Source of the DNA: a virus
DNA: 64,000 nucleotides
IMG/VR virus record: IMGVR_UViG_3300030107_002332
Reading direction: 5' to 3' (one strand)
The stretch's first letter is position 1. Each line of letters opens with the position of its first letter. The position numbers and the translations under genes are program-made. The notes beneath the pieces were generated by a model. That model saw only the letters and a list, made by a program, of their open reading frames with translations, made no database searches and was not told the origin of the DNA. This document shows positions 53,928 to 63,418 of the stretch, one piece after another.

Positions 53928-55412
53928 TCAATCAACTACTGAATCAGGTTTTCCATATATTGTATCCTTAACAAGGAGCATTTTAGTGACGTACCGTAGA
54001 TTCATGTCTTGTGACTCATGTGCTAATGAAGCTATAATATAGCGTCCGCTATACTTTTTGTCAACCGCAATAGTATCACCAACTTTACCTGTTGCAGGAA
54101 TAGTAACATAAACACCATAACCTACATATAGATCCAGATTACCAGGTACAGTAATCTCTAATCTAATATTCTTCAAAGATTCAATACGCATCCATTGATA
54201 TGCTTGCAACTCAACGAGTTGTTCATAATTCTTTTGAGGATTCTTCTTAAACTTAGGATCAAATATCTGATTAGGTAATGCAGTATACCGTATTCTCTTA
54301 GGATAGTCAAGCAAATTCCGAATACCTTTATCCATTAGAATCATTGGATTCTTATCTTTAGTAGTTCCAAGGTGAGACATCTTTGGCCATATCTCTTTAT
54401 TACTATACCTATAGGTATCAGCAGATATATCCTGACTAACATCAGTTCCTACCTTAGAGTTACCAAGTGTAGTTGGATCAAAACCTATACTATATCCAGA
54501 CCAAGTACCATGCCTTAATCCCATAAGATAACTTCTTTCATCAGGAAAAACAACAGATTTAATTTTCCATTGATCTTGATCACCATCATCTATACTCTTA
54601 GGAACATATTCATAAACATGTAGTTGTGCATCACCAGTAGAAAAATTAGTCTCTGCCTCTGCAGATTGATCGTTAACCTTCTCAATCATACCATCTATAG
54701 ACTTAAAATGATATCCCAAGGCATTTTCAAAGAACGCATATGCATTCTGCAATGTCCCACCTTTCTTTGCCTTACGAATAGTACGCTGACCTATCCAATA
54801 GATAAGATCAAATGGTCTCCAGTTTGATGCTATAAATTGATGATTATTAATAGACTCATTTTCATCAGTAAATACTTTCTTCTTTGAGTAAATATAATCT
54901 TTACCTGTCAATAACTTTTTAACAATAGCCTCTGCCTTAGTACCAGTTTGTGTAGCTAAGTATGCTGTCTTTTTACTTAAATCCTTTCTCTTACCAAAAA
55001 TTACTTCACTATGACCAAATATATTAACAGTCTCATTCTTTAAAAATTCATCAGTAGTAGCCTGAACTATAAAGATATCAGACAATTGGTTAGATCGTGA
55101 ACGATCTTGTATATCATAAGTTCTAAAGAAATAACTCCTATCTAACATTTGACTTCTAATATCCAACCTCCACATCTCAGATCCTGTCAAAACAGCTTGA
55201 AGACCTAATGAATCTCTAATAGCAAAACTTGCTTGAATAGCACCATGAGTAATACTTGTATATACTTCCCAACCACCTAAAAATTCATTAAAATTCCAAT
55301 TACCATCAACTTCAACACGCTTACCATCCCTATAAATTGAGAGGGCAAGTTCAACTTCACCTACCTGATTAGGTTTAAGAGACCCTCTTCTATTTTGAAC
55401 AGCACTACTCAT
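53928..55412 (-). CDS. Baseplate hub protein (gp27-like, inferred)
   Basis: FFENALGYHFKSID and ITVPGNLDLYVG.GV...YSGRYII motifs of hub proteins; lies between the tape-measure-like genes and gp5. Confidence 0.6.
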   Translation of the reverse strand: MSSAVQNRRGSLKPNQVGEVELALSIYRDGKRVEVDGNWNFNEFLGGWEVYTSITHGAIQASFAIRDSLGLQAVLTGSEMWRLDIRSQMLDRSYFFRTYDIQDRSRSNQLSDIFIVQATTDEFLKNETVNIFGHSEVIFGKRKDLSKKTAYLATQTGTKAEAIVKKLLTGKDYIYSKKKVFTDENESINNHQFIASNWRPFDLIYWIGQRTIRKAKKGGTLQNAYAFFENALGYHFKSIDGMIEKVNDQSAEAETNFSTGDAQLHVYEYVPKSIDDGDQDQWKIKSVVFPDERSYLMGLRHGTWSGYSIGFDPTTLGNSKVGTDVSQDISADTYRYSNKEIWPKMSHLGTTKDKNPMILMDKGIRNLLDYPKRIRYTALPNQIFDPKFKKNPQKNYEQLVELQAYQWMRIESLKNIRLEITVPGNLDLYVGYGVYVTIPATGKVGDTIAVDKKYSGRYIIASLAHESQDMNLRYVTKMLLVKDTIYGKPDSVVD

Positions 55413-58408
55413 GAGAATAAACCTTTCAAAGGATTACTAAAAGAATTTAGCATACTAACTGCTGTGCCCCATATACCACGATTACCAGCACTTCCACCTC
55501 CTCTTGATCTTCCACCACCACCTCCACCAACTATTCTTGGTTGATTTGCACTAGCAAGAACTGTCTGAGCCTGAGCATTAGCTTGTTGTGCCCAACTACG
55601 ACTCTGTGAATTTTGTTTTTCAACTGCTGCTAATGCTTCTTGGACAATTGCTAATGTCCTCTTATTCATTTGCATCCTTGCTTTATTTCTTTCTTCTGAT
55701 GCTTTCTTAATTCCTCTAGCATCAGATGTTCTATTAATAGTAACACTTGGTTGACCTGTTTTTCCCCTTGGTAAATTAGGAACAGTATTATTATTCATTG
55801 AGTCAATTTGTCCATCATTTTCCCTTCCACTAATGTTAGCAGGATTATAAGTAGCACCTGGAGAAGAAGCATACCTTCTATTACTTGTTTCAGTTCCTAT
55901 TAAATCTGTTGCAGATTTATTACCAGCAGTATTAAATACATGGTTACCAAACTTAGTCCTATTAACATTCTGGGATGGATCATCCTTAGCACTAACACCT
56001 CTAAACCCAGTAGAAGCAAGTAATTTATTGATTGTAGTATCATCATACCCTGCTGCTCTAAGTTGATTCCTAAACCTTTCTGTATTCAATGCTAAATCTA
56101 TAGCTTTTTGTGCAGAAGCAAGTTGTCCAGCGGACCATTTGTTATTAATAGAACCATCTCTAGTTGGTTGATATTGATTATCTCCATAAATGATATCTGT
56201 AAGACTTTGCCCTGCTGACATAAACAAACCTGGATTACCACCCTGTCTAATAAGTGCTTGTCTCTGTAGAACAGATCTTGCTACTAATGCCATTCCAGTC
56301 ACACCCTCACCTCTTGCCTCAGCAAGTACTAAACTTCTAAGAAGATTCAATTCATTATTAGACATCATTCGTCCATGATATCCTTCTGCCTTTCTCTTTC
56401 CTGGATTCTGCATAAAATTACGCATCATCTGACGTAATCTATCACCACCAGACCCATCAGGATCATTTTTCTTTAACTTAAATAAATCCCAAACTTCACC
56501 AGTACCACCCCAAGCAACAGGACCACGAGCACCTGCAGCTTCTGCTTCTGTCATTACATTCTTACGTGTAACATCCTTTCCTTCCATTCCCCAACCCATA
56601 CCAACTTTTGCTGCCTCTTGCATCATACCAATTAATTGAGAAGATGTAGGAGGAAATTCTTCCCAACCTTTACCACCCATAGCAGCAATACCAAGAGCTA
56701 TATTACTAGATCTACCTCGTTTCGCTACATCACCATAGTCTATATTCTGTGTCCTCTTACCACTACCTCCAAATACCGTATGATACCTACCCTTAGTATT
56801 GGAATAGTCACCACCAGTCCAACCCAATGTTAATGTTTTATTACCATCCTTCTTATTATTAGCTAATAATCCACCAGCATCACGTTCGAGTCCACCTAAA
56901 TGGTAACCCATCCTCTTAGCTTCATCAAGACGATTCATCAAAAGATTAGGATTATTTCTTGTAGCCTTAGTATCAAAAGGAACAATGTATGCTGAACCGT
57001 CACTCTTTCCTCTTGCTACGTACTCAGTACCATGTCCGATAAAATCGATATTGGATCCATCAAGACTAACAGGATATCCAGACTGAGGTCCACTTATCCA
57101 TCCTCCTTGAGAGAAATTATTTAAAAATCTACCAAATGCTTTTTTCTGAGTTCTCTGATCTTCAGGAACTCCCATTTGGATTTCATGAATCTGCTTTTTA
57201 AGATTTAAAATTTCACGATTAGTCCTAAGATTATTAAGATTGAAGGTATTCCCTATTAATGACCATAAACTTTGATCCTTTACTGAATCTGAAAGTTCCT
57301 CAATTTTTTCATTTAACTTATTAACAGTCTCTAAATCTTTTTCACTAATCTGTCCTGTTTCTACTTTATAGTCAAATCCTTCTAAGTTTTTTTCATCAGC
57401 ACCAGGTATCTTTCTACCTTTCCACTTACCTTCTCCTTTTAATCTGTCTATCTGATTATTAATTTCAGAGATCTCATTATTGAGATCCATCCTTCTCCAT
57501 AATTCATGCCAACCAAGTTTATCACGTTCCGCAATTTTCTTTGCTTTCTCCTCTTCCAGTTGCTTTATAGTATTCATTAAACCAACTGCTTCCACATTTT
57601 CATCTACTTTATTGGTAGAACTAGACTTAGCCATCCAAGGGAATAACTCAGTTAACCAACCACCAGCAGTGAATAATAGTCCAGCAGTAAATAAGAATCC
57701 AATAGGACTAGCTGCCAAGGCTGCAAAATCTTTTGCTGCAGCAACAAGACCAGTCTTAACAAACTTTCCTATCGCTACTAACTCTGCCTTAGACTTTGCA
57801 ATTCTAAAAGGATTCAACCACATCATTGGCACTGCCAACGTTGCCCATCCTATTAAAAATTGTGCAAGTCCACCCAACCTTTCCATCCAAGTGGCATCAT
57901 CTCGAAGCATATTATACAGACCATCAAGAGCATTAGTGACACCAAACTTAGCCCAACCAGCAATTGCTTTAAAGACATGTCCTAATGCTACAAGAAATGT
58001 TTCGACCTTTTTCTGATTATTAGGATCAGCAAGCCATTTCATTATCGGAAGGACAACAAAAAGTCCTAATAAACCTCCAAGTAAATTAAGTAAAGACTCT
58101 AAGAATCCAGGTATCCTACCCTTCTTTATCTTGTTCAGAAAACTGAACATACTTTTCCTCTTTTTAGGAACAGTATAATCAGGTTTAAATTTTACTCTAT
58201 TCTTTCTCTCTTGTTCTAACCTTGCAAGGTTAGTCTTCTTAATATCAACTACAACACCTGCAATAGAATTAACCGTCTTACCAAGATTATTGACTGCAGC
58301 AACATTAGACACCATAGTCCTAACCATAGGATTAGACTTGGTTGAAGTAGCACCCGAAGGTACAAACTTATACAGATCAATTTTAGAACTTTTCTTTACA
58401 GTTGCCAT
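55409..58408 (-). CDS. Tape-measure-like tail protein with SleB-type cell-wall hydrolase and degenerate amidase-like domains
   Basis: LVLAEARGEG..GM.LVARSVLQR...DIIY..NQYQP (Hydrolase_2 family); GGWISGPQSGYPV; helical, hydrophobic N-terminal half. Confidence 0.75.
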   Translation of the reverse strand: MATVKKSSKIDLYKFVPSGATSTKSNPMVRTMVSNVAAVNNLGKTVNSIAGVVVDIKKTNLARLEQERKNRVKFKPDYTVPKKRKSMFSFLNKIKKGRIPGFLESLLNLLGGLLGLFVVLPIMKWLADPNNQKKVETFLVALGHVFKAIAGWAKFGVTNALDGLYNMLRDDATWMERLGGLAQFLIGWATLAVPMMWLNPFRIAKSKAELVAIGKFVKTGLVAAAKDFAALAASPIGFLFTAGLLFTAGGWLTELFPWMAKSSSTNKVDENVEAVGLMNTIKQLEEEKAKKIAERDKLGWHELWRRMDLNNEISEINNQIDRLKGEGKWKGRKIPGADEKNLEGFDYKVETGQISEKDLETVNKLNEKIEELSDSVKDQSLWSLIGNTFNLNNLRTNREILNLKKQIHEIQMGVPEDQRTQKKAFGRFLNNFSQGGWISGPQSGYPVSLDGSNIDFIGHGTEYVARGKSDGSAYIVPFDTKATRNNPNLLMNRLDEAKRMGYHLGGLERDAGGLLANNKKDGNKTLTLGWTGGDYSNTKGRYHTVFGGSGKRTQNIDYGDVAKRGRSSNIALGIAAMGGKGWEEFPPTSSQLIGMMQEAAKVGMGWGMEGKDVTRKNVMTEAEAAGARGPVAWGGTGEVWDLFKLKKNDPDGSGGDRLRQMMRNFMQNPGKRKAEGYHGRMMSNNELNLLRSLVLAEARGEGVTGMALVARSVLQRQALIRQGGNPGLFMSAGQSLTDIIYGDNQYQPTRDGSINNKWSAGQLASAQKAIDLALNTERFRNQLRAAGYDDTTINKLLASTGFRGVSAKDDPSQNVNRTKFGNHVFNTAGNKSATDLIGTETSNRRYASSPGATYNPANISGRENDGQIDSMNNNTVPNLPRGKTGQPSVTINRTSDARGIKKASEERNKARMQMNKRTLAIVQEALAAVEKQNSQSRSWAQQANAQAQTVLASANQPRIVGGGGGGRSRGGGSAGNRGIWGTAVSMLNSFSNPLKGLFS

Positions 58409-58437
58409 TAATGATTACAGCTCCACAAGGTTATTTA

Positions 58438-61179
58438 TTATCGATTCATCAGACGTTGAGCAGCATCATATACTATAACTGCCTTTTCCTTAACTTCAGG
58501 AGCAATAACAATTTGATCCTGTAATATTGGCATGATGATTGGCATAATTTCTATTGGTTCTTCAGATAGAGCAACAGATTTAGCTCGTTCATATAGACTC
58601 TTACCTTTATCAATTGCTCCAAGTGTTTCAGGACTAACTCCCAACTCACCTGCAAGTTCTTTCAATCCAGTATATTGATCACCACCACCAAGTAATCCCA
58701 TTGCAGACTTATATATTCCTCCCAATCCTTGTCTATCTGCAAGTTTACCTATTGCTTGAGTAGGAGAGAATTGACCTGAGAATATATCACTTATACCAGG
58801 AAGATTGGTAAATCCAGGTATACTTGCTGCAAAGTTTGACAGACCAGGGAACATATTACCAAGACCACCAAGATGATGCTGTTGCATCCAATCACCAAAC
58901 TGTGCCATACGACCACCTTCACCAAAGAATCCCCCTTCACCAAAGAGTCCTCCTGGTTTAGTCATACCAGTCATATGACCAAGTTGACTTATAGTACCAC
59001 CCCATCCTTGACCAGTCAGTCCACCATAAACACTCTTACCCAATTTACCAATATCCGTCTGCATGAAATTATTAAATCCAGACGAGATACCACTAACCCA
59101 GTTAGAGACACCAGTATAAGCATTAGCAACTCCTTGACCAAAACTACTCATACGCAAGTTCATTAACCAATTTGGTGTGTTTACTACAGACTGAGCAGTA
59201 GAACCAATAGCAGCAAAGTTACCTAAACCACCTGCAATACCACTAACTGCTTGCATAATGTTGCCATTAGCAATTCCCTGAACACCATTGATAATAGCCA
59301 TTGGTATTTGCATACCAGGAATGAATGATAATGCCGTGTTTACTATAGGATTACTTGCTACCTTACCAACAGTTTCAACAACACCACTAACTGCCTTACT
59401 AACACCATTAAATACACCACTAGCAACTTTCTTTACACCTTTCCATATTCTACCAAAGATAAACCCTGGTAACTTATGTAATCCACCTTTACCCCAAAGT
59501 TTCCACCAAGGTTTTTTCTTTGTTTCCTTCTTCTTCTCAACAACTTTTGTATCCTTCTTTTTAAAGAGGTTACTAAACCAATTACCACTAGATTTCTTCT
59601 TAACAGGAGGTGGATCCTTCTTCTTCTCTTCTTTAGGTTTAAAGAGATTTGTAAACCAATTACCACTACTACTATCGTGCTTCTTCTCCTTCTTCTCAAT
59701 TATAGGAGGTACTTTTTTATTATCTAACTTACCCTTCTGTTTTATAGCATACTCAAGATCATGCTCAAGCATTTCAAGTCTTCTATCATCCCGATAGTTC
59801 TTACTACCAGAAGTAAATCCTAAATGCCACCACGGAGGTTTTGATTTACCTAGTTCAAGTTCTACCTTCTTCCTACGATCATTGATAACAGCTTCAACAC
59901 CATGTTTCTGTATCTGATCTCTAACTATCTTCTCACCAAGTCTATCAAAACCCCACTTAACACCAGCATCAACAGTCATATCAGCGAGAATACCAATACC
60001 TAATGAAGCACCACCTTTTGCAACACCCTTACTAACAGAACTTGCTCTCTTCCAAGTCAATGGATTTTTAAGAACGTTCTTTCCTTTAGTTAAGGTAGAC
60101 TTGAAAAGATTAGTTAAATTTGCTTTAGGTTTTGCTTTAAAAAGCTTTACCTGGTTTTTTGTTGTCTTCCAAAGTTTATCCCACTGTCTCTTCGCACCAT
60201 CCTTTAACCATTTATTACCTTCTTGCCAGAATTTCCGTTTTGTTTTTATCTTAAGATTTGAACTACCTTCAACACTTGGAGCTCTACCTCTTGTTGCCCC
60301 AAACTTACCATCTTTAAGTTTAAGATTTCTTGGTTTAATACCCTTTGAGGATTTCTGACTCTTTAACCTTTGCTTATTCGCACTTGTCTTCGACTTACTA
60401 CTATCAGCACTAGAACCTGCACTAATTCCTTTTGCATTTGGTTTACTCTTAAGAATAGTAGTAACATTCTTAAGGAACCAACCAATAGATCCTGATATAA
60501 ACGCTAAGGAAGATAATGGATTGAATATCATTTGCAGCACTGCTGCTGCTTGGACCAGATCCCATAATCCTGAGATTCTGTCTCCTATGGTACTTTCTTT
60601 CCCTAATAACTTAGCATAACCACCAATTATCTTCTTCCCTACTAACCAATTAAAGAAATCATAAAACTTCTTAGTAACAAAATGAAGTTTATGTAAAAAT
60701 ACCTCTAATTTCTTTTGATTCTCTTCATCAGCACACCACTCCAACATCTCCTTGATGATTGCAATGGATCCTAATTTTATGAAGAATTCAAAAATGGGCA
60801 TCATTGCCTGTGCCCAAAGTGGAAGTGCACTCTTCAATGCATTTCCAACCTTAGACTTACCCAACATCTTCCGCATTCTTGACTTACTGACCTTCCCCTT
60901 ATCGGCTTTACTAAGGTCGTTTATCTCTGCATCTTCTTCTGCCTGTTGGTCTCTCTCAAATTGTGCTCTTTTACGTGCCTGTTTTGCTTGAAATTGATCT
61001 TCTTTAAGACGTGATATCTCAATATTTTCAATATCTTTAATGACATTACCCATACCAGTCAGGGTTTTGCCAAGACGATTATATCCTAAGACTAATTTTC
61101 TAGCTACAAGGGATCCATCACTGGCATTATCTTGTGCCATGCCAGGATTGATAAACTTGTATGCTTCGATCTTAGCCAT
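58438..61179 (-). CDS. Tape-measure-like tail length / baseplate hub protein (gp29-like)
   Basis: 913-aa Lys/Gly-rich helical protein directly after gp26/gp51; N-terminus is paralogous to 55409..58408. Confidence 0.65.
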   Translation of the reverse strand: MAKIEAYKFINPGMAQDNASDGSLVARKLVLGYNRLGKTLTGMGNVIKDIENIEISRLKEDQFQAKQARKRAQFERDQQAEEDAEINDLSKADKGKVSKSRMRKMLGKSKVGNALKSALPLWAQAMMPIFEFFIKLGSIAIIKEMLEWCADEENQKKLEVFLHKLHFVTKKFYDFFNWLVGKKIIGGYAKLLGKESTIGDRISGLWDLVQAAAVLQMIFNPLSSLAFISGSIGWFLKNVTTILKSKPNAKGISAGSSADSSKSKTSANKQRLKSQKSSKGIKPRNLKLKDGKFGATRGRAPSVEGSSNLKIKTKRKFWQEGNKWLKDGAKRQWDKLWKTTKNQVKLFKAKPKANLTNLFKSTLTKGKNVLKNPLTWKRASSVSKGVAKGGASLGIGILADMTVDAGVKWGFDRLGEKIVRDQIQKHGVEAVINDRRKKVELELGKSKPPWWHLGFTSGSKNYRDDRRLEMLEHDLEYAIKQKGKLDNKKVPPIIEKKEKKHDSSSGNWFTNLFKPKEEKKKDPPPVKKKSSGNWFSNLFKKKDTKVVEKKKETKKKPWWKLWGKGGLHKLPGFIFGRIWKGVKKVASGVFNGVSKAVSGVVETVGKVASNPIVNTALSFIPGMQIPMAIINGVQGIANGNIMQAVSGIAGGLGNFAAIGSTAQSVVNTPNWLMNLRMSSFGQGVANAYTGVSNWVSGISSGFNNFMQTDIGKLGKSVYGGLTGQGWGGTISQLGHMTGMTKPGGLFGEGGFFGEGGRMAQFGDWMQQHHLGGLGNMFPGLSNFAASIPGFTNLPGISDIFSGQFSPTQAIGKLADRQGLGGIYKSAMGLLGGGDQYTGLKELAGELGVSPETLGAIDKGKSLYERAKSVALSEEPIEIMPIIMPILQDQIVIAPEVKEKAVIVYDAAQRLMNR

Positions 61180-61312
61180 TTTGTCGTGCTTGTTGCTCTT
61201 TTGCTCTTCGCTCTTCCTCTTTGAGGAATTGCATCAACAAATTCACGTATATCTCCTTTTCAAAAGGAATCATATTATCGACATAATCTAAGTGCCACTT
61301 ATGATGATGCAT
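61172..61312 (-). CDS. gp51: Baseplate hub assembly protein gp51 (frame open upstream without an ATG)
   Basis: MHHHKWHLDYVDNMIPFEKEIYVNLLMQFLKEEE; the same frame continues upstream as IALLHTNLQAYYEGNFAL to the gp26 end. Confidence 0.75.
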   Translation of the reverse strand: MHHHKWHLDYVDNMIPFEKEIYVNLLMQFLKEEERRAKEQQARQNG

Positions 61313-61362
61313 TAAAGCGAAATTACCTTCATAATAAGCTTGTAAATTGGTATGAAGTAGAG

Positions 61363-62079
61363 CTATGCGAAAAAACTCGCTAGTCCCTCCAATGTTACAT
61401 CACTTTCAACACCTGTTTTAGGGTTCTTAACCTTAACAGTATGTGATAGTTTAGGCATAGTTTCAAAGAAATCTTGAACAGCCATAAACTGCTTACTACT
61501 TAAGTTTTCAAAGAATTCAATAATTTCAGACTTAGGCATATCAGTACAATCATATACCTGTTCTGGATCAGTGATAGTTTTTACACAATCTGCTGCCATT
61601 TCAAATACTTGATCAGCACCAAAGGAATCATCATCTCCAATGAAATTCATTTCAACGAAAGTTGCCATACTGGGATATTGCATCTCCATGACAATCTCAT
61701 CAGATAATCTAACCTCTGTCTTATGCTTTTTATTCTTTTGAATTTTAATATCAGCCAAAGGTATCTTAACAGGAACTTGAGTCTCATTATCATCGGGACA
61801 AGTTAGACTGAGTTCAACACTCTCTCCAACAGATTTTCCACGAATTTGAAGAAACAAATATTCAATATCAAAAGTTGCCAAATCATCCACTGTTGTTAAA
61901 TCAGTGCAATTTGTAATAATATCTTTAATAGCAGTAACCAAATCTGACTGTTCACCAGTTTCGGTTGCTAAAAGAAGCAACTTTTCTTCTTTTACAAGAA
62001 AAGGTCTATAATTTACTACCTGTCCAGTAGACGGTAGTTTCATTTTGTACTTCGGTACGTTTAATTTAGGTAATGCCAT
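61363..62079 (-). CDS. gp26: Baseplate hub assembly protein gp26
   Basis: MALPKLNVPKY...YRPFLVKEEKLLLLA, FDIEYLFLQIRGKSVGE, ends LEGLASFFA. Confidence 0.92.
   Translation of the reverse strand: MALPKLNVPKYKMKLPSTGQVVNYRPFLVKEEKLLLLATETGEQSDLVTAIKDIITNCTDLTTVDDLATFDIEYLFLQIRGKSVGESVELSLTCPDDNETQVPVKIPLADIKIQKNKKHKTEVRLSDEIVMEMQYPSMATFVEMNFIGDDDSFGADQVFEMAADCVKTITDPEQVYDCTDMPKSEIIEFFENLSSKQFMAVQDFFETMPKLSHTVKVKNPKTGVESDVTLEGLASFFA
61369..61390 (-). promoter_or_regulatory. Candidate -1 ribosomal frameshift signal
   Basis: GGAGGG-9 nt-U_UUU_UUC in the gp26 frame, with a hairpin 9 nt downstream. Confidence 0.55.
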
Positions 62080-62106
62080 AGGTATTCAATTCAGTATAAT
62101 TATTTA

Positions 62107-62952
62107 TCAAGCCATATTAGAGGAATTTGTAAAGAAGTCACCAACATATACTGTTCCGTAATTATCAATAAAGTTATTAATACTTGCCGTACCAGCTCCA
62201 TCCCAGTAACTACTATTGGGAATTTCAACCCATTGTCTAACATCGGGCTCCTCAAATCTAACTTCAGGATAGAATCTATATCGTTCATAATAGAATGATA
62301 CACCAATAGTCATTAGAGATGAAGAAGAGTTATTTAACTGAGCACTACCAATATTATATGGATAACAATTTCTCAACTCCCACATGGCAGTAACCTTATT
62401 CATCCTTCCAAAATCATTAAAAAATTTCTTATCAATATCATCCTGATGTCCTGAACCAACTCCCCATGCACCAACCTTCTCACCACCACCTCTTTCATAC
62501 TTGTAAATTCTTATATGAGGTGAAACATAATTATTATAAAATTCTGTATATTGATTAGCATCATTAGCTATTTTACTAACCCATCGTTCAAAGAACAACC
62601 TTGTTAGTTGTGATTCTGGCATTACGAAGTTAACTTGGAACTGACTAAATGCAGATCCTGTAGCATATTTAACAGGAGATCCCACATTAATAGCCTGACC
62701 AGAAGTAACTTGCTTACTTGGAAGACTTACACTCGCTGCATAGAAATCCAAAAGTTTTTCTAAGTCACCAGTCTCTGCCTGTAAATCAGCACCTTGATGT
62801 GGTCCCATCCCTCTAGAGAAGATAGGAGGTGAAGCAAACCTAAGAGAAAATAAGTTAGTATAACTCGGAGTATTATCTTCACCCCGCATGAAAGCCTGAA
62901 ACTCCTGTAAGGAGTTATATCGTGCATATTGCCAATGAGGTGCTTGTGCCAT
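62107..62952 (-). CDS. Tail-tube-fold baseplate protein (gp54-like)
   Basis: SVSLPSKQVTS, FFERWVSKI, WELRNCYPYNIGSAQLN...IGVSFYYERY. Confidence 0.65.
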   Translation of the reverse strand: MAQAPHWQYARYNSLQEFQAFMRGEDNTPSYTNLFSLRFASPPIFSRGMGPHQGADLQAETGDLEKLLDFYAASVSLPSKQVTSGQAINVGSPVKYATGSAFSQFQVNFVMPESQLTRLFFERWVSKIANDANQYTEFYNNYVSPHIRIYKYERGGGEKVGAWGVGSGHQDDIDKKFFNDFGRMNKVTAMWELRNCYPYNIGSAQLNNSSSSLMTIGVSFYYERYRFYPEVRFEEPDVRQWVEIPNSSYWDGAGTASINNFIDNYGTVYVGDFFTNSSNMA

Positions 62953-63383
62953 TAGATCCTAAGTTCTTTTTCTGTAATTAACATAAATTCCATTCCATAA
63001 TCTTTACAAAACTCAGTTGCTGCTTTCCACTTTGCTTGATTAACACCCCAAGTGAAAACTTCATTAATATATGATTTAGTCATTCTTTTTTGAGTTTTGG
63101 GTTCTTTAGTTTGCCTAAAAGGTTTAACTTCAACGATATATTTCTTACCTCTCACCTTTACATAAAAATCAGGGTAATATCTATGTCGTTTACCATCAAC
63201 AGGACTGATATAAGGAATAGCAATCTCTTCACTACCCCATTCCTCTACTACTGAGCGAGAATCACACCACTGCATAAATTTATACTCCCAAGACGACCTA
63301 AAAACTACATTGCGGGAATCCCCTTTGTACTTAGAGGGTAATCTAAGGCGATACTTACCTTGTAAATATCTTTTTTTTCGCAT
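62952..63383 (-). CDS. gp4: Head completion nuclease gp4
   Basis: KYKGD..NVVFRSSWEYKFMQWCD, WGSEEI.IPY.SP.DGK.HRYYPDF, EVKP, NQAKWKAA. Confidence 0.92.
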   Translation of the reverse strand: MRKKRYLQGKYRLRLPSKYKGDSRNVVFRSSWEYKFMQWCDSRSVVEEWGSEEIAIPYISPVDGKRHRYYPDFYVKVRGKKYIVEVKPFRQTKEPKTQKRMTKSYINEVFTWGVNQAKWKAATEFCKDYGMEFMLITEKELRI

Positions 63384-63411
63384 AAATAAGTATAGGTCAC
63401 ATAGTATTTAG
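63382..63411. promoter_or_regulatory. Divergent late promoter pair at the strand switch
   Basis: Plus strand ATAAATA at 63382-63388 faces gp48; minus strand CTAAATA at about 63405-63411 faces gp4. Confidence 0.55.
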
Positions 63412-63418
63412 TTAAAAA

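Noticed and set aside
9192-61291. All other plus-strand track ORFs overlapping long minus-strand genes
   Set aside because: They lie opposite well-supported genes, have no recognisable motifs, and fit the low stop-codon frequency expected on the antisense strand.
62952-63383. TnsA transposase or homing endonuclease
   Set aside because: Motifs and position match T4 gp4 head completion nuclease; no transposon ends or partner genes.
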